Positions 29,825 through 38,012 of a stretch of DNA of 51,039 nt are shown one piece after another. Made by a program: the position numbers and the translations under genes. Every line of letters starts with the position of its first letter. Within the stretch, counting starts at the first letter, position 1. This stretch comes from an uncultured Prevotellaceae bacterium (GTDB lineage Bacteria; Bacteroidota; Bacteroidia; Bacteroidales; UBA3663): assembly GCA_964530595.1 (NCBI GenBank), contig CAZGZL010000003.1:1-51039 (forward strand). Reading direction: 5' to 3'. The notes under the pieces were generated by a model. It was not told where the DNA came from and did not search any database. It worked only from the letters and a program-made list of their open reading frames with translations.

Positions 29825-29853
29825 GTAACATGATACATTTTGGTTGAAACATC
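29825..29853. promoter_or_regulatory. Candidate HTCS operator GTAAC-N15-TGAAACATC (second copy)
   Basis: Same spacing as the copy at 23528-23556; lies between the divergent HTCS and GH2 promoters. Confidence 0.45.
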
Positions 29854-29929
29854 GCTGTTTCCGCATTAAATTGGTAACATTCTGAACAGGAAACAGGAGA
29901 TGAGCATTTCACTGCAAAGCAAATCTTTC

Positions 29930-29937
29930 TATCTTTG
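29930..29937 (+). promoter_or_regulatory. -7 element TATCTTTG of GH2
   Basis: TAnnTTTG 90 nt upstream of ATG 30028. Confidence 0.6.
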
Positions 29938-30027
29938 CAGCGACCGAATCTCTGGGTTATTTTCCACACATTACGGTCACGAGCATCACGCTCACGCAGA
30001 GCACATCACGCATATTTTTCACATTCC

Positions 30028-32418
30028 ATGAAACGAACCTTACTATCTTGGGCGCTTTGCGCCGCACTCTTCATGCAGGTGGAGGCTCAAAGCAACTCTC
30101 CCCGCACAGAGATTCCTTTTGACTTCGACTGGACGTTTCACTTAGGCGAACTACCGGGAGCAGAATGTCCGGACTATCATTCCAACGGTGAACGGTGGGA
30201 CAGCATTCAGCTACCGCACGATTGGAGCATTGCACTTGATTTCGATCCCAAAGTGGGGGGATCAAGCGGTTACCTGCCTGGCGGAATAGGACTCTACCGC
30301 AAACGCTTCACCCTGCCCGACAGCCTGCGCGAGCGACAGATCTCCATCGAATTTGACGGTGTATATCACAAAGCTACCGTCTACCTCAATGGGCAGCGCA
30401 TAGGTTTTCACCTCTACGGTTACACCGGCTTTAGTTACGATCTCACCCCCTATCTGAATTGGGAGGGTGAAAACGACCTTTTTGTGCACGTCGATCACAC
30501 GGAAGAGTCTCGTTGGTACACCGGCTCAGGCATTTATCGTCACGTGCGCCTCGTCGCGGTTCCGCCCGTGCACATCCGACATTGGGGAGAGCAACACTGG
30601 GACTGGTCGCTACCGGGAGACACCAGCACCGTCTCTCAGATTGTTGTCATCGAAAACCGATCCTCCCAAGAGGTGCAAGATCTCTATGTCACTCACTTAC
30701 TATTTGATCCCCAAGGGCATGCGGTAGCGTTCGAAGCGGATCCAGACACTATACGCTTCAGCATCCCAGCGGGAAGCAACGTTGAAGCGCCCGGCTTCTT
30801 CCTAATTCCCAATCCGCACCTTTGGGACGTCGACGATCCCTATTGCTACACCGTAGTGACTCAGATACGCCGAGGCGACCAAATTTTAGACGAAGTTCGC
30901 TCCACCTTGGGACTCCGTATGTTTCTGTTCGATGCAGACAAAGGTTTCACGCTCAACGGCAGATCGCTCAAGTTGCAAGGCGTCTGCCTGCATCAGGACG
31001 CGGGATGCTTGGGAGTAGCCGTTCCAGACCGTGCCTACGAACGCAGACTGAAGATCCTCAAAGAGTTTGGCGTCAACGCGATCCGTTGCTCGCACAATCC
31101 TCCTTCGCCGGAGTTTCTGAACATCTGTGACACCTTGGGGTTCTTGGTTATTGATGAAGCATTCGACAAGTGGAAGTCAGGCTATTACGGTGCATATTTC
31201 AACGACAACTGGAAGCAGGATCTGAGCGACATGGTGCGCCGCGACAATAACCATCCCTCAGTGATTGTGTGGGGCATCGGCAACGAGCTCTCCGAAGCAT
31301 GGCTAAGCGATTCGGTAGGCATCCGGCGGGCACAAAAGATTCACAATTTTGTGATTCGAGTATTAAGTGCGCAGCGTCCCACTCTCTTAGCGGCGCAACA
31401 AGGCTTCAACGACGGTTTCGGAGGCGTTACGGATCTGATCGGCTACAATTATATGGAGCAACGTCTGTTGCGCGACCACAAACTTCACCCAGAACGCAAG
31501 ATGTTAGTGACTGAGGCATTTCCTTATTACAGTGGACTACGCGTTGACAATGTGCGCGATTACGTAGAATATAACCCGTGGAACTACGTGCGCGACAACG
31601 ACTTCATTGCCGGAGCCTTCATCTGGGCTGGGGTAGACTATATCGGCGAAGCATCGGCTTGGCCAAGCGTCGGATGGAACAGTTGTCCGTTCGATCTGAC
31701 GATGTTCGAAAAGCCGGCGGCTGCCTACCTACGCAGCGTGTGGCAACCAGACAAACCATTGCTACGCCTGATGGTACGCGACAACGGTCTTGATATTGCA
31801 GCTGGTAAGGATCATTGGCAATATCCACCCATGGCGGCGACATGGAACCTACCCTATATCGACGGACGCGTCGTCCAGATACGATGTGTGACGACGTGCG
31901 ACTCCGTGCGACTTTTTGCGCCCCATTGGAACAATCCGCAGATGGACTTCGGCTTCCGCCGCACCCAAGACTACACCGACAACACAATTCTATGGAATCA
32001 GCCCTATCGTCCGGGCAAGGTTTTGGCCATCGGCTACAAAGGTGGCGTCGAAGTGTGCCGCGATAGCTTAGTTACAACCGGAGAGGCACGGCAGCTCCGC
32101 ATCGAAAACGACCGTCCTGTTTTGAACGCTGACGGTCAAGACATGGCGCATTTGCGCGTCACCCTGCTCGATGCAGAGGGACATATCAGCAAGATGGACG
32201 ACCACCCCATTACCGTCACGGTCGAGGGCGCGGGACGCCTGTTGGGGGTAGACAACGGAGATATGCGCCGCCAGAAGAGTTTCAGCGGCAACAGCATCCG
32301 CACCTATTTCGGCACGGCGCTGATCCGCGTACAAGCGGGGCGTCAGCCGGGTGTACTCCGCATCCGAGTGCAAAGCGATGTACAGGAAGAGCGCACCTAC
32401 GAGATCGAGGTACGCTGA
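30028..32418 (+). CDS. GH2 glycoside hydrolase (beta-galactosidase-like), periplasmic
   Basis: Signal peptide; LPHDWSI, FDGVY, SRWYTGSGIYRHV, GVCLHQD, NAIRCSHNPP, NHPSVIVWGIGNE (acid/base), LVTE (nucleophile), DYIGE. Confidence 0.93.
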   Translation: MKRTLLSWALCAALFMQVEAQSNSPRTEIPFDFDWTFHLGELPGAECPDYHSNGERWDSIQLPHDWSIALDFDPKVGGSSGYLPGGIGLYRKRFTLPDSLRERQISIEFDGVYHKATVYLNGQRIGFHLYGYTGFSYDLTPYLNWEGENDLFVHVDHTEESRWYTGSGIYRHVRLVAVPPVHIRHWGEQHWDWSLPGDTSTVSQIVVIENRSSQEVQDLYVTHLLFDPQGHAVAFEADPDTIRFSIPAGSNVEAPGFFLIPNPHLWDVDDPYCYTVVTQIRRGDQILDEVRSTLGLRMFLFDADKGFTLNGRSLKLQGVCLHQDAGCLGVAVPDRAYERRLKILKEFGVNAIRCSHNPPSPEFLNICDTLGFLVIDEAFDKWKSGYYGAYFNDNWKQDLSDMVRRDNNHPSVIVWGIGNELSEAWLSDSVGIRRAQKIHNFVIRVLSAQRPTLLAAQQGFNDGFGGVTDLIGYNYMEQRLLRDHKLHPERKMLVTEAFPYYSGLRVDNVRDYVEYNPWNYVRDNDFIAGAFIWAGVDYIGEASAWPSVGWNSCPFDLTMFEKPAAAYLRSVWQPDKPLLRLMVRDNGLDIAAGKDHWQYPPMAATWNLPYIDGRVVQIRCVTTCDSVRLFAPHWNNPQMDFGFRRTQDYTDNTILWNQPYRPGKVLAIGYKGGVEVCRDSLVTTGEARQLRIENDRPVLNADGQDMAHLRVTLLDAEGHISKMDDHPITVTVEGAGRLLGVDNGDMRRQKSFSGNSIRTYFGTALIRVQAGRQPGVLRIRVQSDVQEERTYEIEVR

Positions 32419-32478
32419 CGCAGCGCACACAGAACGAGTCCATTCAGAACTACGAACCACAGAAAAACAGCATTTAAT

Positions 32479-32517
32479 AGTCCCGCCGAGGCTTTTGCAC
32501 CCCTCGGCGGGACTTTT
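32479..32517 (+). terminator. Intrinsic terminator after GH2
   Basis: AGTCCCGCCGAGG...CCTCGGCGGGACT followed by TTT. Confidence 0.85.
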
Positions 32518-32564
32518 CGTCGCTGCGAAGGCGTTTTCTATTTGCGTTGACGCAAGTTTTTAGC

Positions 32565-32572
32565 TATCTTTG
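32565..32572 (+). promoter_or_regulatory. -7 element TATCTTTG of the thioesterase-acyltransferase pair
   Basis: TAnnTTTG with TTTG at 32541-32544 (-33 position). Confidence 0.7.
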
Positions 32573-32594
32573 CCGCAAATAATCAGACTACAAC

Positions 32595-33500
32595 GTGAAG
32601 AAGAAATATTTATTTGAATCTACCGTTCGAATCCGCGACTTTGAATGTGATATGCAGGGCGTAGTCAACAATGCTTACTACCACAATTTGTTGGAACAAA
32701 CCCGCACAGAGTTCTTGGAGAGCATCGGCATAGACCCCAAAACATGGAGCAAAGAGTTGGGGATAGACTTCGTAGTCTATGAGACTGAAATACAATACCG
32801 CTCCCCCTTGCAGGCTGGCGAGACCTTTCGTTCGTGCTTAAACTTAGGACGCGAAGGGGCACGTTTCGTCTTTCGTCAAGAATTTCGCCGCGAAGCGACC
32901 GACGAGCTGTGCATCAAGGCACGTGTAGATGTCGTCATCGCCATCAACGAACGGCTGACGCGCGGTGACTATTTTCAAGAATATTTAGAGGGCAAGATCT
33001 CGGTGCCCATCCCCCATAGTTCCATCGTCCGTTCGGGCAGCAAAGGGGGCGCGGGCAAGTTGGACGAAGTGCTTTTCGACTACGAAATGAAAGTACGCGA
33101 CTACGAATGCAACCGCTTCGGCGCCGCCACCAATGCTTTCTGCCAACACTATTTGGAAGTAACCCGGTTCGAATTTATGGAGCAAATGGGCGCCACGTTC
33201 CGTCAGTGGCACGAGGCGGGCATTGACCTGATGGTTTCTAAAGTCGATCTGAAATTTATCTCCCCAATGATGTCCAGCGTGAAGTTTCATTCGCTGATGA
33301 ACGTGCACCAAGACGGGCCGCGCCTGATTTTCAGTCAGGAGATTCGGCGCAAGTCGGACGGAGGTACCTGTGTCGTTGCCACGGTGGATGTGGTGTCTAT
33401 CGTCAACGGAGAGCTTTCGATGGGAGAAATCTTCACCGAATTTATCAAGAACTATCAAGAGAACATCGGTCAAGCACTCAACGCATCGTCCAATGCCTGA
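32595..33500 (+). CDS. Tandem (double hotdog) 4HBT/YbgC-family acyl-CoA thioesterase
   Basis: Two homologous halves: IRDFECDMQGVVNNAYY..LLE.TR.EFL and VRDYECNRFGAATNAFC..YLE.TR.EFM; GTG start. Confidence 0.85.
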   Translation: MKKKYLFESTVRIRDFECDMQGVVNNAYYHNLLEQTRTEFLESIGIDPKTWSKELGIDFVVYETEIQYRSPLQAGETFRSCLNLGREGARFVFRQEFRREATDELCIKARVDVVIAINERLTRGDYFQEYLEGKISVPIPHSSIVRSGSKGGAGKLDEVLFDYEMKVRDYECNRFGAATNAFCQHYLEVTRFEFMEQMGATFRQWHEAGIDLMVSKVDLKFISPMMSSVKFHSLMNVHQDGPRLIFSQEIRRKSDGGTCVVATVDVVSIVNGELSMGEIFTEFIKNYQENIGQALNASSNA

Positions 33501-33530
33501 CACATCTTATTTTAATAGAGAGACAACAAA

Positions 33531-34376
33531 ATGTTAGATCGTCGCACAAAAGAAATGCAGGTAGCGCCCGGAGTGTATGTACCGGAGCGTGCCACCAAAT
33601 ACCCGGAGGAGGACTCTTTCGAGCACCTTGTTGAGGTCAAAAAGACCCGCGAATTGGTCTTTGATGAAAATTATCCTTATTTAGATGATAGCGAGGAGTT
33701 TCGACGCGAACATCGCAAGTGTTACGCCACGGCATTCTCTTGGTGTTTCCTAATGAACCCATTACGCTATGGCTTGCGGATTCGCGGGCGTGAAATCCTG
33801 CGTTGCTATCGCAAAGAGTTGGCAGGTGGCGCCATCACGATTTGTAACCACGCCTACCGTTGGGATCTCTTGGCCGTGCTGCAAGCTGTGCGCTGGCGAG
33901 AATTGTGGGTACCCGTCTACGGCGAGAACCTCATGACCTCTGATTATTGGTATATCAAATACATCGGAGGCATTCCCGTACCTTCGGGTATGGCGGGCAT
34001 GAAAAAGTTCAATGCAGCCTTCGACGAACTGCATCGCCGCCGCAAATGGTTTCACGTCTTCCCCGAAGAATGTCGCTGGGACTACTATAAGCCGCTGCGA
34101 CCGTTCCGCAAGGGAGCCTTCTCTATGGCGTATAAATACAATATGCCGATCCTCCCCTGCTGCATTACCTACCGCAAGCGCACGGGGTTGTACAAACTCT
34201 TCGGCGACCAGACGCAGCCGCTTGTCACCATCACCATCGGCGAACCAATCTTCCCCAACACCGAGGAGCATCGCAAGGTAGAGGTAGACCGTCTGCGCAC
34301 CGTGGCGCATCACCAAATGGAGCAGATGGCGGGCATCATCCACAATCCTTGGCCGGTCGCCCCGGACAACGATTAA
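33531..34376 (+). CDS. PlsC-family lysophospholipid acyltransferase
   Basis: NHAYRWD (HX4D), VFPE, PFRKGAF, PILP motifs. Confidence 0.88.
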   Translation: MLDRRTKEMQVAPGVYVPERATKYPEEDSFEHLVEVKKTRELVFDENYPYLDDSEEFRREHRKCYATAFSWCFLMNPLRYGLRIRGREILRCYRKELAGGAITICNHAYRWDLLAVLQAVRWRELWVPVYGENLMTSDYWYIKYIGGIPVPSGMAGMKKFNAAFDELHRRRKWFHVFPEECRWDYYKPLRPFRKGAFSMAYKYNMPILPCCITYRKRTGLYKLFGDQTQPLVTITIGEPIFPNTEEHRKVEVDRLRTVAHHQMEQMAGIIHNPWPVAPDND

Positions 34377-34390
34377 AATTCCATTCTCAC

Positions 34391-34438
34391 AAAATAAAAT
34401 ACCCCGAACATGATCTCATGTTCGGGGTATTTTATTTT
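34391..34438. terminator. Bidirectional intrinsic terminator (perfect 23-bp inverted repeat)
   Basis: AAAATAAAATACCCCGAACATGA-tc-TCATGTTCGGGGTATTTTATTTT between convergent genes. Confidence 0.9.
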
Positions 34439-34453
34439 CACGTCACTACCGCC

Positions 34454-37288
34454 TTATCGGGTGGCAGGAGTGAACGTTGTAGAGCTTCCACCCGTCACGG
34501 TTCCACCGCGCGTAAACACGCCGTCGAAAGCGCTCTCCGTGGCGTTGCTGACAGCTGTGGCGCCGGTTACAAGCTTGTAGCTTGTGCCTGAAGTAAAGTC
34601 AGGAGCACTCAACAGCACAGTAGCGCTGCTGACAGATACCGGGCAACGGTAGTTGAAGAGGACTGTACCGTCCGACTTCTGCACGCTGAGATATTTGCCC
34701 GAAGTAACCGTTACACTGTTCTTCGAGACGTAAGGCTGCGATGCAGATGTGGGCGAACTGGTTGAACCGCCTGTACCGATCAGAATACCACCATTGATCT
34801 TGAAGGTGTTGTTGTCACAGTCGAATCCCTCTTCGGGCGACGATGTACCGGAGGCGAGGACAACGCCGCCGTTAAATTCGAAGCCGTCGCGACCGTTACA
34901 GTCGATACCGTCATTACCTGTAGCATGACTGTAGACGAAGCCGTCGTTAAAGGTGATCTTGGAGGCAGCATTGATGCCATCGTCATAAGTATCGCACTCT
35001 GTATAACCGCCATTGAAGGTGATGGATGCCTTGCTCTCCAAACCTTCGCCGCCGTTGGTCGTCGTCTTGGCGAAGATGTTACCGTCGTTGACCACTACAT
35101 CGCCCTCGATCTTAATGGCTTTCGCCGTACCGATAAAGTCATCGCTCATACCCCAACCGGAGCTGGCGATGACGCTGCCCGATGTGGAGACATTAAGCGT
35201 CGGACCGCCCTGACCGAGCACACCAAATGTAGCCTTTCCGTCGGCGTGGATGCCCTTGCCACCCTTACCGCTCATGCGGATCGTGAAGTTACCACCGTTC
35301 AACGTCAAGTTACCATCGGTCTTGATGCCGCAAGCGGCGTAACCATCAGTCTCCTTGCTTGCAGTGGTATAGGTACTACCGTCACCGGTGCAAGTCAATG
35401 CATATACACCGTCGTTAACCTCCATATCGCCATCTACCGAGATCGCGCGACCGGCAAAGCCGGAAGCATTCACCGTGACACTACCGCCTTCGCCGCGATA
35501 AGCTCCCACCTTAATGGCAGTGGAATAGCTCGGATCGTTGTTCACAATCTGTGCGGCTCCTGAGCTCTCAATGTTCACATCGCCACCGTTCAAGGTGAAG
35601 GTACCGTCGCAACGAATACCCTTTGACATCGCACCGCTGTGCGAAAGTTTCAGGTCTCCACCGCTCACCGTGATGTCGCCATCAGCCTTCAAGCAAGCGC
35701 CGAAATAGTTCTCCAATGCGGCAGAAGATGAAGATACGGTACCTGAAGCATAAGTCGATGTGACGTCGCTCATGGTATAGGTGCGTACCGTACCCGATGT
35801 GCTGTACGAGGAGGAGATGGAATAGTAATGCGATGATCCATCCGTCGGAGCGGAAAATTCAGTGGTGCGGATAGAATATGCCGTTTGACCACCCCAGCCG
35901 CCCCAGCCGCCGCCACCTTGGCTGACGTAATCGTCGGATGCGAAATAGTATTCGCCCTCTGTGGCGCTACCGAAGTCGTAATAGTAGAAAGTCGTCGACG
36001 TGTTGTTGGTGCCTATGATGGTGGCTGTAGCCGAGAGTGTAGCTACGCGCGTACCATCGCTCTTGTAGAGATGCAAGGCAGACCATGCGTTGCTACCATT
36101 TCCGCCGGGGCCACCAGCGCCACCCCAAGGATTAGACTGCGACGAAGTTGGGGCGCTGACATACACTTTATAGGAGGCAACCGAAGCAGTGTTCTTGGAA
36201 TCATCCTCAGGAGCATAGGTTCCACCCGCAGCGGTATTGACCACGACGAGGTTGCCGCCGCTGATCTGAATATCGCCCTTCGACTTCACCGATTTGGAGG
36301 CAGCGCCGGAGGTATTCACAATCACATTACCGCTGACGATCGAGATCAGGCTATCACTCTTGATACCATCGGTCTCATCTTCTGCGAGGGTGATGGTGAG
36401 CGAATCGGTAACTGCCGAGGCGATGATCACTGGACCGGAGCAGTCGATACCGTCGCCCGAAGCGGTCAGAGAGACTTTACCGCCATAGATCAGCACTGAG
36501 TCATTGGCGTGCATGGCGTCACTGGCAGCTGCAAGTACACGAATAGTCGCATTGTCAATTTCCAAAAAGTCATCCGAGCAAATAGCGTGCTTATTGAGTC
36601 CGGTCACTTCCAACGTTCCGGCGCCCTTGAAGATGAGCTGTCCCTCGCTGAAAATGGTACCTTTCTGGTCTTCAGAAGACTTTGTATATTTCTTAGCATC
36701 GCATAACGTATTGAAGGTGCTACCCTGCACCTTGATGGTTCCCTTCTTGGAGCTCTGGCTATTGATGGCGGGACCATCGGCATTGGTCAGCTGCACGCCG
36801 TTGAGGGTGATTTGATACTTCTTGTTGCTATAGATCTTGAACATACCATCGGAAGACTCTCCGCTGAGTTTATATTCCACCTCGTCGGAGGCATCGGAGT
36901 TCACGATGACGTCAGCACCGTCGATCGTCACCTCGACACCATCGTAAGCGAAAGGATTTTCTACCGTAGCCTTCTTGCCGTCATACGTCACATTGACGGT
37001 GGTGGGCATCGAAGCGGTGTAAGAGATCTCCTCCAACTGGCTGGTAGGGATGGCGTGAATCACCCCCTGACGCACTACGAAAAGGGTGTCTTCGGCAGCG
37101 TTAAAACAGAGGCTGTCGATAGCGGTAATAGCAGAAAGTTGTGCCTCGCCCGTGGAGAGAGAGATACGCAAACCCGGTGTCGTCTTGGCAGCATAGAGCG
37201 AAGCGAAGGATGAGAGGGCACAAGCGCAAAGCAACGGAAGTGCCACGCGCCGTGGGGCGCCGTTATGAGCGTTGTAATTCTTTTTCAT
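34454..37288 (-). CDS. Cthe_2159/DUF4353-family beta-helix carbohydrate-binding protein, exported, with an internal inserted domain
   Basis: Signal peptide; YKLSG.SSDG..KI, ITLNGVQLTN.DGPAIN, NTLCD, KGTIFSEGQL, HAICSDD, repeated DGI/DAM...GG coils, DGIDCNG, EEGFDCD. Confidence 0.85.
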   Translation of the reverse strand: MKKNYNAHNGAPRRVALPLLCACALSSFASLYAAKTTPGLRISLSTGEAQLSAITAIDSLCFNAAEDTLFVVRQGVIHAIPTSQLEEISYTASMPTTVNVTYDGKKATVENPFAYDGVEVTIDGADVIVNSDASDEVEYKLSGESSDGMFKIYSNKKYQITLNGVQLTNADGPAINSQSSKKGTIKVQGSTFNTLCDAKKYTKSSEDQKGTIFSEGQLIFKGAGTLEVTGLNKHAICSDDFLEIDNATIRVLAAASDAMHANDSVLIYGGKVSLTASGDGIDCSGPVIIASAVTDSLTITLAEDETDGIKSDSLISIVSGNVIVNTSGAASKSVKSKGDIQISGGNLVVVNTAAGGTYAPEDDSKNTASVASYKVYVSAPTSSQSNPWGGAGGPGGNGSNAWSALHLYKSDGTRVATLSATATIIGTNNTSTTFYYYDFGSATEGEYYFASDDYVSQGGGGWGGWGGQTAYSIRTTEFSAPTDGSSHYYSISSSYSTSGTVRTYTMSDVTSTYASGTVSSSSAALENYFGACLKADGDITVSGGDLKLSHSGAMSKGIRCDGTFTLNGGDVNIESSGAAQIVNNDPSYSTAIKVGAYRGEGGSVTVNASGFAGRAISVDGDMEVNDGVYALTCTGDGSTYTTASKETDGYAACGIKTDGNLTLNGGNFTIRMSGKGGKGIHADGKATFGVLGQGGPTLNVSTSGSVIASSGWGMSDDFIGTAKAIKIEGDVVVNDGNIFAKTTTNGGEGLESKASITFNGGYTECDTYDDGINAASKITFNDGFVYSHATGNDGIDCNGRDGFEFNGGVVLASGTSSPEEGFDCDNNTFKINGGILIGTGGSTSSPTSASQPYVSKNSVTVTSGKYLSVQKSDGTVLFNYRCPVSVSSATVLLSAPDFTSGTSYKLVTGATAVSNATESAFDGVFTRGGTVTGGSSTTFTPATR

Positions 37289-37752
37289 GGTCGTAAAATT
37301 TTAGTGATGGTACCGGCTACATGGACCAAATAAAGACCCGAAGGGAGTCCCGCCAAAGAGATTGAGACTTGACCTTCGCCATCAACCTCTTGCACGAGGC
37401 GTCCGGCAGCATCAATCAGACGTGCACCGTGCACGGCTTCACCACTGAATGTGTAATGGTCGGCATCCAAACGAGCTACGCGCAACTCACCTTGAGATAA
37501 TGACAGCAACGATGTGGTTCCTTCACCAAGGGTAATAGAGAAAATGTCCGAGAGACTGATCTTGGTCTGCTCACCGTCGCGGGTGCGCAGCAACATCGTC
37601 TGCGTGTCGGGAAAGGTCAGCGAGACAACCTCTCCGACGGGGACTTCCGTTGTGCCTGAGGCACTCTGGATTTGCAAGGTTTTCTGGACGTCCGCGCACA
37701 ATGTGCCGACCGATCCGAAAATCAAGCATGTTAATAGGATTGTTTTTTTCAT
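37285..37752 (-). CDS. Small secreted protein with T9SS type A-like C-terminal sorting domain
   Basis: Signal peptide MKKTILLTCLIFGSVGTLCA; C-terminal ARLIDAAGRLV...ISLAGLPSGLYLVHV...TKIL; stop overlaps the next ATG (ATGA). Confidence 0.8.
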   Translation of the reverse strand: MKKTILLTCLIFGSVGTLCADVQKTLQIQSASGTTEVPVGEVVSLTFPDTQTMLLRTRDGEQTKISLSDIFSITLGEGTTSLLSLSQGELRVARLDADHYTFSGEAVHGARLIDAAGRLVQEVDGEGQVSISLAGLPSGLYLVHVAGTITKILRP

Positions 37753-38012
37753 GTTGTAATAGTTTAGCCTGAGCTATATCTTTTTAGTAGACATTCGTGA
37801 GGGTTCAAAGTTTAAGCGCCCCGCCCCTCTTTTTTTTTACATTTTTTGCGACGCGACACGTTTTTTTAGCGACAAGCGCTCGATATAGTGGAATCAATCC
37901 GATGCTCCGCAGCGTTGCGAGGGGAATACAAAAATAAATCGGCGCGAATGTACCTAAATACATGCGCGCCGATAGACGTTCGTTGTTTCGTATAAAAATC
38001 ATGCGTCTCCGA

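Noticed and set aside
29975-30012. Four TCACG repeats in the GH2 leader
   Set aside because: Short and irregularly spaced; not distinguishable from chance or local slippage.
37830-37867. T9/T6/T7 tracts upstream of the T9SS pair as a phase-variation switch
   Set aside because: Tracts are short, the promoter position is ambiguous (TATTTTTG at 37936-37929 vs AAACTTTG at 37813-37806), and there are no invertible repeats or recombinase nearby.
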